A stretch of DNA of 64,000 nt from Toensbergia leucococca. Lineage: Eukaryota. Shown piece by piece: positions 1 to 13,059 of this stretch (position 1 is its first letter; each line of letters starts with the position of its first letter). A model generated the notes under the pieces. It ran no database searches and was not told the origin of the DNA. It worked only from the letters and a program-made list of their open reading frames with translations. Made by a program: the position numbers and the translations under genes. The stretch lies in the NCBI GenBank assembly GCA_022813965.1, contig JALDZS010000035.1, positions 62,001-126,000 of the forward strand, written 5' to 3'.

Positions 1-2174
1 ATCCGCCAAAAGTCTCAGCAAAGATGTTTTGAGCCTTCTCCGTAACCACCGGGGATCCTGACAAAAAATCTCTCAAAAACATAATGAGCCTATTCTCAGC
101 CATGCTTCGAACAACATTGGCAGGCGGTAGAGGAAGTGCAGTAGCAGATGCATCCGCATCTACTAATATATCGTCGAAAGTCACTGCTGGCGATGCATCG
201 AAGTGTTCCAATACCGGTTGACCACCTGTGCGATGTATGGTTGCATCTAAAACTGTAAGGATCTGTGCCTGGATCAATGCGTAAGCTGGCACGCATAGTC
301 TTTCTTCGCCATCAAGTTCATCAGGGAGGAATTGGCAAGCTAAAATGTGGTAGTACTTTGCGAACACAAAGAACAGATCAGTATCTCGGCCCGCCCATCG
401 ACCCACCCAAGGTCCATGCCATGGTATATAAGCAGTGCCAAGTGGTACTTGGGGCCGGCGCCTTAGGCTCCTCATCATCAATGGTAATGACTTGAACGTT
501 AAGCTTTGTGTACACAAGGGGAACACACAAGCAATTTTTTCTGAGGAGGAACTCAGATCTACGTTTTGATTGTCGCTGTTCTCCGCCACTACTCGTCGTA
601 GAGTCTTCAGTGGTATTGCCCAAAGTCGAACTAGCATATCTGCAACCCCTTCGCAGTAGAAGAAAGCATACGCAGTTGCCTTGCCACAAAAGGCTACAAC
701 GCTAGCTGGAACATTTCGAATTGACATCTTGTCCACCACGAATGCCATCTGCGCCAGAAGGTTCTGCTGAAACGTATTCCTAACGTTATGAAAGACAGAA
801 GAGGCGAGAAACTCTGATGTCGTAGAAACTAAAGACGTAGTGGATCGTGACTTTAAAGAAGGTTGCCTTGATCTCTCTGGCTGGGCTGCAATAGGCAAAG
901 CTTGCAGAGTCCATTCAGGTCTGACCATAAGTCCAGTAACAGCCTCAAGAATCGTTGGTCTATCATTTCCGGAGACCGATTCGCCGTGTCTACCGTTGAG
1001 CATTTCGAGCAAGCCGGTCCACCACTTGTTAAGGATATTGATACGTCTATCCAAGTCTTCGGGCCTCAAATTTTTGTTAGAAGGGTGCTCGGCATGATTC
1101 CTTAAGAAAGGAAGAAGTGCAGAGCGGACAACGGCAGTTTTCAAAGTGCTGGGCTTGGACTGGAATCTGTAATAGATCAGAGAAGCAGATCTACAACCCA
1201 GAATGTGAAGCTTACTTTTGAAATTCTCCGTCGAGAGCTCGGAAAATATTCCACAGTTCGTCCTTCTTACGTGATGATTCTAGACCAATGCCTTGCAATC
1301 GCTCGGAGGACATGGACCTTAGGGAAGCACTTGTCATCCCTAGCTGTGACTGTGATTGATTTTGTAGCAGCCAAGGTAGTCTGTCTGTCGAGAAGGATTT
1401 AGGAATTAAAGGCACCGGGTGGCTGCTATCAAAATCTGGCTCAGGCAGTGCTTTCCCGAGAAAAGTACTTAGTGGCCGTCTTGGTTTCTTGCCCAGAGCC
1501 GTGCCCCTCCTGCTTGGAGGATTCACAATGCCATTTGTTTTCCCATCTCGAGATTCGCCCTTCTTATCCACAGCAGATCTTGATTTAGACCTCGCAAGGC
1601 TCGAACTATCAGGTGCGCCCTCATTACCACTTATTGGTTGTCTCTTGCTAGGAGACGGCGAACGCGAAGCCGAGATCCAAGATTTCCGAGCAAAACTTGA
1701 AAGAGAGCCTGAGACAGACCGCACTTTGCTCTCTCGGTTGACGGTAGCATTCTTGACTTCGGGGTTTGGCAGACTGGCATGGTCATCTCCAATTCGATCT
1801 GGCGCAAGGGTGAATTTTGAGACGGTAACCTTGGGACTGATTTTTGAGCGAGCAGACTTACGTCTACCTAAGCCTTTGTTCCCGTTTATAAATGGAGTTT
1901 TTTTGTTTTCCTCATCCAGAGGTTGCTTCAGAGACGATCGTCTTTCCAAAGGTTCGTCACCATTCGTGAGGGCATTCTCGGAAAAGTTGCGCTTCAATCC
2001 GCTAGTTCCCAAGGTAATTTCTTGATGAGCGGTGACCGGAAGCTGCGTGTAACTGGCTGATCGAGGAATAGCGGGTGTTTCAGAATCGGTCGGGACATAA
2101 GACGTAAATTCAGAGGTTGTTTCGGGCATGGGAACAGAGCAATGAGTAGATTCTATGGAGACATTGGACGTCAT
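1..2174 (-). CDS. DUF1765-family fungal protein, 3' part runs off the window; exons 2174-1216 and 1166-<1
   Basis: Ser-rich ORF 1212..2216 is spliced (GTAAG 1215, CAG 1167) into a frame reading KFQSKPSTLK...RINILNKWWTGLLEML...YGPWVGRWAGRDTDLFFVF, motifs recalled for DUF1765 proteins. The start Met is uncertain. Confidence 0.75.
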
Positions 2175-2968
2175 CTCAGGTAGAGATACCTGCTCTCCAC
2201 CGATGCACAAGTGCACACCAATTTCCCGCTATATCTTGCATGGGATTCGCGGTGAGCCAGCTCGCAACTAAATAGTGTTATAAGAGAGGTGCGTCGGATC
2301 AAACAGCAGAATAATATAAGAGTGTGGAAACGAAATACTTAAAAACTAACAGACAACTGTGGTAATGAATGTATGGAGCAAAAACGTCAAAAACAATGCA
2401 TCATGCTGAAACATGAATACAAAATACTGTAATTAATCTGCACGTGGTACTATAAATAGATAACACGGCTGACGTCTCAGCACGGTAATGATATTGATGT
2501 TTCAGTGGACTACAGCACTGCCTTTGACTACAAGTATTAATCACATTTATCTTGCAGTGTATGCCTGAAATGATTTTACTGCATCGATCCCAGAGCAAGG
2601 TGGTCATTAGAGAGCCACAAAATCTCCACACTGGCTAGAGTATTTAACAAAACATTCTTCAATAGCTGCCTTGGTCCAATTATAGAATCTGAAGTCAGCT
2701 TGAATACTTGTCTAAAGACCCGTACTACAGAAGCTGAACATCAAACAGCTCATCCAGAAACTTAGACAGCAAGATAATGCAGTCGACATTACTTGAAATA
2801 CAAGGACCCTCGGGTCAGCGAATCATGCATAAATCTATGGATAACGCCTGTTTCACTCTAGCTCAAAGATATAGACTTCGAATTTACAGGGGAGATGCTA
2901 TTGTGAGTCTTCAAGCATGGCTGTGATGGGAACTTCGCAAGCTTGCTGTTCCGGAGAGGTTCATGAGC

Positions 2969-3447
2969 CTAGTGAGCCGAGTGTGCCTCCTCTTCTTCTT
3001 CATCCTCAAACCAATCTTCCTCTACGGTGCTAGCATGGCCTGTAGCAGCTTGCCCTTCCACCTCCACCTTCTGGTCTTCGTAGGCCTTCAATTCATTGGC
3101 AATATCACTTTCCTCCGGCGACCGAGGGGCTTTGGGTGCCGAGAATATCTGGACGTGTCCTTCCGCGTCGGAAGGTTTCACAGGAGTTGGCTTGTAACCA
3201 TTCAATTCTTTGATGTAAAGGCCTTGGACGAGATCGGCTAGGCAATAACAGGTCAATTAACGTCCGGTAACCGTTGCACATTGGATGGTCACCTCGTAGG
3301 ACTGGAGTCGGACTCATAAATGTCCGTCGCTGGAAGCAAGCTTGATGGCGTGCTATGCGGGTGAGTGTAAGGCGCTGCATCTGTTAGTTTACGTGAGCAT
3401 CCAAGTAGACTCTTGGGTATGCCTACAGTAAACCTGAGCGAAGACAT
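2969..3447 (-). CDS. ATP14: Mitochondrial ATP synthase subunit h; exons 3447-3427, 3380-3293, 3237-2969
   Basis: Arg-rich presequence followed by ADLVQGLYIKELNGYKPTPVKPSDAEGHVQIFSAPKAP and an acidic tail; two canonical introns keep the frame. Confidence 0.9.
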
Positions 3448-4346
3448 GACGCTGGATGGCGGACCAGGGGAGTAGAAGCTTAGGAGCTTCAGATAAAAGA
3501 CGATGTGAGGTTACGAGTTGTCACGGCTCCGCAAAAATTATGAGCTAAGCCTGTTGAGGAACCAGTGGCAGCTCCGAAGCGAGTGAAGCCACCTCAAGCT
3601 GAGTCACCGACAAATATTTCTTCTTTCAACTTCATCCTTGACCCTCCATCCTTCATCCTCCGTCATCCAACACAGCCTCCGACACTCTCTACTCAACAAC
3701 GAAACACGCTTTAGCTGCTACATCACTCTACTAAAGTTGCCGGTCAGCTTTTTTGGGGTTGCAACCTTTTCTTTGGTCGATCATCTGCGAGACTCCTACC
3801 ACTGGGAGAATCTTGGACGCCTTCACTGGTTTCACGGTCGGACAATCAGCGTAACCTCAAGTCGCCATCCTTCGCACACCAACCTCGAGAATCTCCTCCT
3901 TACGTCATCGCAGACTTTCCTTGAACGTCTCGGTGAATTTATTGACAGGTACATTGATACCGCTCCCTGTGTCATTTGGGCGTTTGTGATTGTTTCTGCA
4001 ACCACAGTCCTCATGGTATCTGCGTTTGCACAGGCGTTACTCTCGCTTTTTCGTGTATAGCTGGGCACTGTTGGATCTCCGCAGACCTGGCTAACATGCG
4101 AATTTGTGTGTAGTGGTCGCCTTACAGGGTCGCAAGGCTCAACACCTGGGCTTTCGGTTACGAACTTCTCGTTTCTGAGATCTCTCTGTGTTCGTCAAGG
4201 CACTCCGCTCTTTTCTTACAGCCGTCAAACTGTATTCCCCACTTTTCATTCGTTGTTGCGCTACCAAACACGGTCTTAGAGTCACCGCCAAAGGTGTTAA
4301 GAGACGGTCAAAACAACGCTTGGAGAAGCGAAACATAGCGCTCAAG

Positions 4347-5488
4347 ATGGCCAAAGCTCCTACTAAAGCGGCCTTGCCTGATACATCGTCAGACCAGGCT
4401 GCTGATGCCAAGCCTAAAGAGGTGCCATGGAGAGCAAATCTCAATATGCAACTGATCTGCCGAGACTGCAAGGAATATCCGCCCAACCTTATTGAAGAGT
4501 TCTCCAACGGAGATATGGTTTGCGGGACTTGTGGGCTGGTCCTAGGTGATAGAATTGTTGACACTCGCTCTGAATGGCGTACTTTCTCGAATGACGACCA
4601 AGCCAGCGACGATCCTTCTCGTGTCGGAGAAGCTGCCAATCCTCTCCTGAACGGCTCTCAACTCCAGACTACAATTGCCTTTAGTAATTCTGGCGGTCGA
4701 AGCCTCGACCTACATCGTACCCAAGCTAAATCGACGGCCGATAAGGGCAATAAATACCTGTCAGAAGCGTACAAGGTAATTATGACGTTTTGCGACGTGT
4801 TGTCAATTCCCTCCCAAGGCGCAGTCGACGCGAAAGGACTCTTTAAAATGGTCGCCGATGCCGGAGCTTTCAAGAATAAATCCCAGGACGCTATCATTGC
4901 TGGCTGCATCTTTATCTCATGCAGGCAGAACAGTTTTCCGCGAACTTTTCGCGAAATTTACGCCTTGACAAAGGTATCGAAGAAGGAAATTGGTAGAATC
5001 TTCAAAGGCCTTGAAAAATTCTTCGCTGCTCAGAACCAGAAGAAAGTAGCGAGTGGCGAGGGTGAGTCTAGCAGAAAAACTACGCTAATATGGGATGTTG
5101 TGCTAATGTGAATGCAAAAGCAATGCCTGGCAAACCCTTCAAAGCCACGACCTCCACTCATGCCAAAGAGCTCTGTACCCGATACTGTAGCCAGCTTGGT
5201 CTTAGCCAGACAGCCAGCACAGTCTCTCAAGACCTGGCAGAAAAGATGTCCACTATTGGCTCACTCGCAGGCCGTTCTCCACTTTCCGCTGCTGCTGCCT
5301 GCATCTTCATGGCGTCCTATCTTACAGGGTCCGGCAAGACGGCCAAAGAAATATCTGCCGTAGCAGGCGTCAGCGACGGCACCATCCGCACGGCTTACAA
5401 ACTCCTGTATGCCGAGCGCGAGAAGCTCGTCGACCCGAAGTGGGCTGCGGAGGGTAAGGGCGACATTAAGCTACTACCCCCTGTCTGA
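4347..5488 (+). CDS. SUA7: Transcription initiation factor TFIIB; exons 4347-5061, 5121-5488
   Basis: Zn ribbon CRDC...CGTCGLV, B-reader VDTRSEWRTFSND and cyclin repeats GRSPLSAAAACI...VAGVSDGTIRTAYK; intron GTGAGT..GCTAAT..AAG. Confidence 0.95.
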
Positions 5489-6200
5489 GGTCCGTCCTCA
5501 AGAGGGTTTTGAAATTTCCCCAAGGTTCTTACCTTTTATTATTCTCATGACTTGCATGCTCGACTCGTTTAATGTAGCGAGTTTTAAACGTCAAGAATGA
5601 CCACTAATGTACTACAAAAAAAAACAGGAAAAGTAAGGCGCTGGTTGTGATCCAGGCGGTTGACTCATTTTTGTTTTTCTCACTCATACCCCCGGCGATT
5701 CAGCTCGTCCTTGCGACATGGCGTTTCTCGACGGAGGGCAGTCGTGGCATTTTCGATCGGGCGCTGGATTTTGTGCATATGTATTCCATCAGTTTTAGAG
5801 GGATAATACAAAATTGAATGCTCTACATATTTGTGTTGACAAGGGAGTGAGTTTTACAGAGTCGTAGTTGGTTGAGGTAGTTTATGTAGCTGGCCATGAC
5901 CTTCCTTTGTTGCGAGAAGTTTGAATACATCAAAGGGGTTGCGACTTTCTCAATTCAAGAGCAGGAGGGGAAATGGAAGAAGATGCTTCTGGAAGGGGTG
6001 TGAAGCCCCTTTTAAGGTTTGCCTCCATCTGGCTCCGGACTTCATCTACGCCTCTACCATCCTCACACCAGATCTTAAAATCCGTGTCCTTCACCACTTC
6101 ATCTCATACCTTTCCCTCCCGCTCGCCAGCTACCCTATCCCCCTTCTCTCCATCTCCTAATTCATTCCGCCCCAGTGGTAATCCATGATTCCTTGGAAAC

Positions 6201-7049
6201 CTACATAACAAGAGTGGAGCCAGCTTTTATCCCAATCACCCCCCTACACAACCCCAATCGCACCCTCACCTCCTCTTCCATCTCCTCGCTCACATCTCCG
6301 GTCCCTAACTCCATCAACGTGCCATCTGATTCAGCTGTATTATGGGAACCTATGCGTGATAGGATGCCAAGAGAAGAAGAGATGTGGGGTTCTGAATCCC
6401 GGTGTATGTTTTCAGATCCCGTCGTGTAGTGCGGTGCTGGGTGAACCTCCGGGATGAAAGTCTGTTCGGCTAGGACATAGGGACGGTCAGCTCCATCATA
6501 GTCCTGAGGTCTTGACTGGTGGGACATGAGAATAGGTGCTTCGTTGCCCTGGCTTTGTTCTCGATAGGGCGTTCGGACATAGGTATTTTGGCACCACGGC
6601 CCTAAATGTGCCATCTTTAGTGAACATGGTTACCCGGTTCCATGGCGCTTCCTTGTCGGTAAGATTTCTTATGCAGCCTGTAAGACCATGGCAACTATAG
6701 ATACATGTGTGCAAGAAACCTCATGTCAGGTGGAAACTTGCGGATTGTGTGAGTTATCTTACGGCTCAAATCCCGTCCATGAGTGCACACATCTAGGTTG
6801 ATTGAGGGCAAGGAAATCCTGCATTGCTGATGATCCCAAGATTCTTGACAGTGCTACTCATCATAGACCCTTGATGATACATACCTCATGCACTTTCAAC
6901 AGTTCGAGCAACGGATTATGGCGCCGATTTGCGGGTTTTTGAAAGCTGGTCATTGTGTGCATTGGAATTTCGAGTTCAGGTGTATGCAAATTCATCTGAA
7001 CGCAGATAGACCTGTTGGTAGGGCTGGTCATTGTGCAATAGGCTTCCAA
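6201..7049 (-). pseudogene. Possible decayed or orphan multi-exon gene
   Basis: Several short minus-strand ORFs with good donors (GTATGT ~6884, GTAAGA ~6762) and acceptors, but I could not join them into one stop-free frame. Confidence 0.25.
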
Positions 7050-7348
7050 AGTGGTGTCTGTGAATCTAGCTACGCGTAGATAGACCTGTCGATGGGGCGG
7101 AGCTGGCCACTAATGCTTTGCAATGAGCTTCTGAAGTCGCATGGATCAAAGACCCAGATGGGGTGACAGCGTCAACTGTCACAGTGCTTCTGTTGACTTT
7201 CAGCTAGATGAGTGGGTTTAACGTCCGCCTCGACGGAGCACCTGCTGAGACCCAGTGCAAGATTCCAAGCTGGCTACTTTCTAGGTTTCTAAGCAGGTAG
7301 ATCTTAAATGAGTTTGGCGGAAGGATTTTGCAATTCGATGTCTAGCTT

Positions 7349-9251
7349 TTATAGAGAAACCAGCATTACCGCGATGGCAACGATCAGTGGTAAAAAGGGT
7401 ATCAGGTCTCCTAGATGGCTTCTAGAAGTAATGGCCAGCAGTATAGAAATGAAAAGACCGACTATAAAAGTATATAAAGCAGTCCTAGATGATCGGAGGT
7501 GAGAAAAGTGCGACACAGGCAAGCGCCGCAAGCTAAAGGCACACTGACCTTTTGACTCGACCGTGCATGCAAGCGATCTTGACGCCCAGGGACGATAGGA
7601 ACAAAGTATTGGCGCTGTATCGATAAGCACTGCTCATACAACCACGATGAAGACTGAACGCTTACGTATATAGTATCCAGCTCGGTACGTCCGAATCGTC
7701 AATAATCCACAGAAGCGAGAGTGCAGGACCTAGCATCATCGCATTCGATACTCTCTCAATCCATTTCTTTGCACCCTTCATGAAGGTAGTGAGCTTCCGA
7801 GGATGTCTTATTCGTGTAAGATCTTCTAAATCAGTGCGTCGTCGACGATGAGGCGCCCAGCTGCGGAGTTCTATATCGCTTCCATCACATTCTTGATCAC
7901 TTTCAGCGGAAGATATCTCCTGTGGGTATTCGGATGAATTTTCGAGCAATGTCGTACTCGTCGATAAGGTCGAAGGGCCTCGTCTTGTGAAGCGGTGTGC
8001 TCTTTTGCGATGGTGCTCGAGTCGAACTGAGAGAGGCTCATAGGTATCATAAGGGGAGGTTTTCAGGCGACGAGTGATGACAAAAAGGCGGTTAAGGGTT
8101 AGTGGACGTGAAATCATATCAAAGTGGGTTTTCAGTGGATTCATGTTCGGAACTTTCTCGGCTTTAGTGTTCCAGAAGTTGAAAGTTCTACTCCAGTCTT
8201 GACAGTCCCGAAAATGATCTTCTCCAATGGCCATACGATATCGACTGAGGTCGCCAAGACATTCAATCCAGGTGTCTTCAAAAGCTGGTACGGTCTCATA
8301 GAGTAGGGCCATCATGGAATATGCGATATAGATGAACGCTAGCATGTGATCCAAAGACTCTGGAAGTCGGTGTCTCAAGACCTCAAGAAAAGCGTGGATT
8401 CCATGACGCCACATCCTTGCCGGCATGGAATATTTCATTGCAAGTTGACTCAAAGCTGCGCTGGCAGATGGATATTGAGAAGCCAAGAAGAAGTCATGGT
8501 GTTCATGTAACAAAGTCTTATGCAAGGCAATTAAAGCTTGCCATTGCTCATTACTTAGCTTGGTTCTCCGAGAAAGGTCCTTCTCTTGAGCTGCAATCGA
8601 TTGCTTCTCATCAACTTCAATACATTTGGCCTCTACCATGACCAAACCGGCATATATACCTTTGACTTCAACAACCAATTGATCATGAGAGATCGGCCTG
8701 GTCTCTGGTTCTAGTACAAGCTCGTCTAGATATTCGCCACTGTGAGATGGCAAAGTTGAGTAGGCCACATCGCTTTGGCCGGGATACACGATAGGACATG
8801 TACGGTGGATGTAAGAAGGTGTCCCAATACTATCGGCTTCAGGATTATAGAGTCTTGATGAAGCTGCCTTGCTACTCTGCCTAGCTTCGTGACGCAACGC
8901 AAAAGCTTCCCTCCTTGATTTCGGTATGGGTCTCGCCATCTCAATTCTTGGGGATGGTGGAAGATGAGGGGCGTAAGCGTAGCCGTTGGCATTGAGGTTT
9001 TTCTCGGCCCTTCTGCCTTGGGCATTGGAAGGCCTTGGATCTAGACACGCATGGAGACTGTTGTTGAATAGGTCGGACGAGTGCTCACTATGTCTTGTTG
9101 GTGAGGTGATGGACTGGTTAAGAATAGTGGTACCATGTTCTGGAAACAGATCTTCGACACGTCCAATGACTTGTTGACTTGTGGATAGAGGATGGTCTGA
9201 GTTTGCTACAAACGGTGGTGATGGTCGGGGAGAAGGCTCTTTAGGTGGCAT
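7349..9251 (-). CDS. Est1/Ebs1-like helical-domain protein with a C-terminal ~4-TM tail (595 aa); exons 9251-7666, 7614-7549, 7484-7349
   Basis: Core PETRPISHDQLVVEVKGIYAGLVMVEAKC...WQALIALHKTLLHEHHDFFLASQ...MPARMWRHGIHAFLEVLRHRLP...DTWIECLGDLSRYRMAI matches the recalled Pezizomycotina Est1-like family. Introns GTAAGC..CAG and GTCAGT..TAG join it in frame to hydrophobic exons. Confidence 0.8.
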
Positions 9252-9454
9252 GGTACCATACTCGGCTCTCTTCGCAGCCGTCAGAGTAGGAAGCGACTTG
9301 GAGATCAAAAAAAGAGTAAGGTTGTCCGTGACCTTCTTGACATGAATGCACAAATGATGGGAGTGGCAATTGTAGACCAGCCGTGATAGAAGTGAGAAGG
9401 TGGTGAAGTTTTATCACCACCGAATGAACGGCACAATACTCATCATGCAAGCTG

Positions 9455-9478
9455 ATTGGGTATTGGGTATTGGGTATT
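9455..9478 (+). repeat. (TTGGGTA)3 short tandem repeat in the divergent intergenic region
   Basis: attgggtattgggtattgggtatt. Confidence 0.8.
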
Positions 9479-9959
9479 CTGGACAATTGATGGCTTACAG
9501 ATGTGTCACGGTGCATGATTGAGGCTTGGGATCGAGGCTCCAAGCTTCAACTGGCGAACCAAATCAAACAAAAGCCAAGGCAGACTCCGGCAGAAGGCAA
9601 GCAAACTATGGCAAACACGTATCACGGCAATTGGCAGAAAGGTGGGGCCAGCTGACGCGGATATGAGCAGCAGAGAACTTGGTGGTGGAATCTCACTGGC
9701 CAGATCAGAGTGTGGACACCAGAATATTCAACCAAGCAGAAACCCGCGTTGGTGGCGTCATGCTGCCATCCTCAATCAGCCTGCCTTGATTAAGGCAGCA
9801 CTGCAGCGTTTTGAGCGGCATAGTCACTGGATGACTGGCGTTGTTGTTGAGTACTTTACTTGATGATTTCCAAGTCAGACGCTTTCATCTTTTGGGCCAT
9901 CTTTGACGCATCCTATGGTGTTTTATACGCTGTCAACGACAAAAGGATTGTGCGACCTC

Positions 9960-10777
9960 ATGGACACTACGCAGAGGCTTCCCTGTCAGAACGACTCTGA
10001 CCACATTTTGGGAATGCTAGAAATGCTCCAGAAATCGCAGACACCCCATGGAAGGAGAGCTCTTGACTTCGCAGAGGGTATTCTATCGCGTGTCCGTTGA
10101 TGTCTTTACTTGTCAGCTAATCTTTCTTCTTTCTCAGATGATGCCTCCAACCGGTCCATTGGCGCCTCTTCCCAAACTTTGGAATTTGCCCTACCCAAGA
10201 CCAAGAGATCCGAGGAAGCTAGCCGGTACCATCGTCTAGTGATATTGGCGATAAGCATGATATTTCAATTTGCTTCGGCAGTCATCATGTTCCAATACGC
10301 AACGAGAAGGGACCTACTCTGTAGCCTGATACCTCCAAGCCCACATTGGCCTACACTTCTACATTTATATCCCGTCGTGAGTCTTGAGAAACTGCGAAGC
10401 ACTGGATGCAATTGCTCACCGCCCCACAGATACTTTTCTCGATCCTAGACTTCATCGCCGATCCTTCTCCTGCTCTTTTCTTCGCAGCATGTCTTATTTG
10501 GTCGACCGCCCTAATAAGCTTCAACCAAGCTCGCTACGATGATAAATACCAGAATTACTTTCTCATCACAGGCATAGCGCTAGCCACAATTGTCGCGATA
10601 GCTGCAAAGGCGAGCATGAGAACTGTTGTCGTTGGATTCGTACCCTGGGGAGTCAGCATATCATATTTCCTCAGTGCTGTGAGCCATCGATGCATGGAAA
10701 CGCCCAAAAACTGTCCATTAACCAACTTCGAGAAGTCAAGGGCAGAGTTTGTCGAGAAAGTACCGAGTTCGAAATGA
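9960..10777 (+). CDS. Hypothetical multi-pass membrane protein (234 aa); exons 9960-10077, 10138-10376, 10430-10777
   Basis: Three consecutive ORFs join in frame via GTATTC..GCTAAT..CAG and GTGAGT..GCTCAC..CAG introns, giving about five hydrophobic segments. Confidence 0.75.
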
Positions 10778-12163
10778 TACAGGACTTGCAAGCTCAGACG
10801 TCTGAATCTCGAGGGTTTCGAGACCTTGAGTAGATAGATAGTCAATGCTGGGTAGGCCAGACGATAGCTCTTCTCGACCAGCCACGTTTTCCAACGTCGC
10901 CGAAATGGCACGACGGCACCTCGATATTGCCGTCCCGAGAGGAACTATCCGTAAAAGATCTTTCCGACCGTTAAGCAATCTGGTTTACCAAGAAGCGCTG
11001 CGAGTTCACAGTTGCATACCAGGACTGAACAGTAGCGACTAGCCTCAAACAACGTGGCTGGCTATATCAATCACATGGTATACTATGGAAGGATGAGAGA
11101 TGCTCGATCCACTCATGACTGGATTTGGCCCTTCCGCGCTCTACATTGTCTCTGAATACGGGATAATGAGGCCAACTCAGACTGTTGTCCCTAAGGTACA
11201 GCATTCAAGTACCGCATACTTCTAGCATCTGCATTCTTTGGCATCTCCATATAAAAGCTTCTACCCTATGCCATTGCTGGACCCCTATCTTCGTCTTGGA
11301 TCAGCAAAAAATCTGTGTGTAATGCACCATGTCTTTACCACTGGCCATGCAGAGGTACTCGAGGATTGTTCCGCGTCCACCATGGCATATACGGTATTCT
11401 GCATGAACACGCAAGCAAGATGTTTAGGTCTCATCGCCGGGAGAGCCCATGCTTTCTTCGAGAATCCGAAGTGAATTGAGGCATGATACGACAAGTTCGA
11501 CTAGATAAAAAGGCACCACAGCCAGTGGCGATGGGCATTAGCTCTTTACAGCATTTTTTTGGAATCTCTCGCCATTGTTTATTGTTCGCGTTCTCTGGGG
11601 CGTGTGCTGCATGTTCTATTCTAGTCCTTGTTAGGTTACCTTCTCAGCCCCATGCCTTACTTAATCTATTGATTTCTACACAGTCACGTCCACGCATCTC
11701 GCGCAAAATCAATGTACTTTGGCAGTTATTCAAGTTTAATGTACTAGACTTCAGCATTTATCGTAGCATCAAGAAGAGTGACACTTAATCTCCTTCCCTG
11801 ACAGCCTCTCATACCACAACTGCCCTTCCCCTCGAAACCAGAAGCCTTCCTTCTCCCTAACCCTACCTTCCCAAGAAGCCGGAACTACTTTTCCTATCCT
11901 ATTTACACCCACCATAACATCTCTCCCATCCCACTTCCCCTAACATACATACCCCGGAAAAATGTATTCACACGTCAAATATTTTAATCAAGCCAGCAGC
12001 TCTCATTCAAAAAGTGATGCACTTTTTCTTGTAAAGCGAAAAAGGTTGGAAATCTGAATTGCAGAATTAGAACGATTACAGTTCAGTCTTGCAACCTTGA
12101 GTTGTTAGAGTTCTCAATTCTTCAACAACATTCTAACCAGATATCAATGGTGTAAGAAAGATC

Positions 12164-12809
12164 ATGTCGAAGCTCTCAGTACAAAAGTATGGCTGACAGG
12201 TTTGTACAGCACTCGTACCAAACTTCATTATAGATAAGAATTCAGTCAAGAAAATCACCATCGGTTTTACTTTTCTTCCGCGGGAAATTAGAGACGAAAT
12301 CTGCATCGAAGCCTTGACCAGCTCTTTGATGATTTTGATGATTAACGTCCATGGCTGGGACGGGTTTTGGACCGCTGACACGACAGTCAACGAGAACATT
12401 CCGTTGCTCTACAAGTCGCATTCGAACACTCGGATCGCCTGTAGTGATGAGCAGAGATAGTGGTCAATGTTTTCTTCCATACTAGAAATCCCCCTCGGCC
12501 CCATTGTACTCACGGTCCCCTTCCGGTCCTGCGTTTCATCAGGGCTCGAAGCTTTGCTTGTGCGGCATCGTTGGGGTTCCATCAAAGCCGCCGCCCTTCA
12601 ACTCGGCAGAATTCAAACCATTTACGCTGAATTCCATATATACATGTGCTCATACGTATATACTCGTCAGGCCTGTTTCGGTATACCTTGAGAAGCATCG
12701 CCTTGTCTGCGCAAAGTTTCTCAGCGAGCTCCTTCCACTCACATTGGTTAATCAGGCCTTTAATCCCGCAGTGGCACAGGTCATTACGACGCGCATAGGC
12801 CATGACTAG
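12164..12809 (+). pseudogene. Disrupted F-box-like (LPxEIR) orphan gene
   Basis: ATG 12164 frame reads ...GFTFLPREIRDEICIEAL..., with in-frame TGA 12194 and TAG 12458. It continues in the same frame as ORF 12467..12691, with a probable frameshift afterwards. Confidence 0.6.
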
Positions 12810-13059
12810 ATATCTACGCTAGGTCATATTTGACTCGCGTTCTCTTCCTGACTTGATTTTCCTTTGCTTCAGTATTTACGGATCGTGATAAAGACATAGT
12901 AGAGTAGGGCGAGGACGGTAAGACCGATAGCTGTTCCTGCCAAAGGCCATGAAAGGCCCGAGGCCTGAGGTGGTATCAGCAACAAAGCCAACTGTTCCAA
13001 TGACGATTCTGATAACAGGGCCGATGTGTCGGAAGACTGCGTACTGATCTAATGAACAA

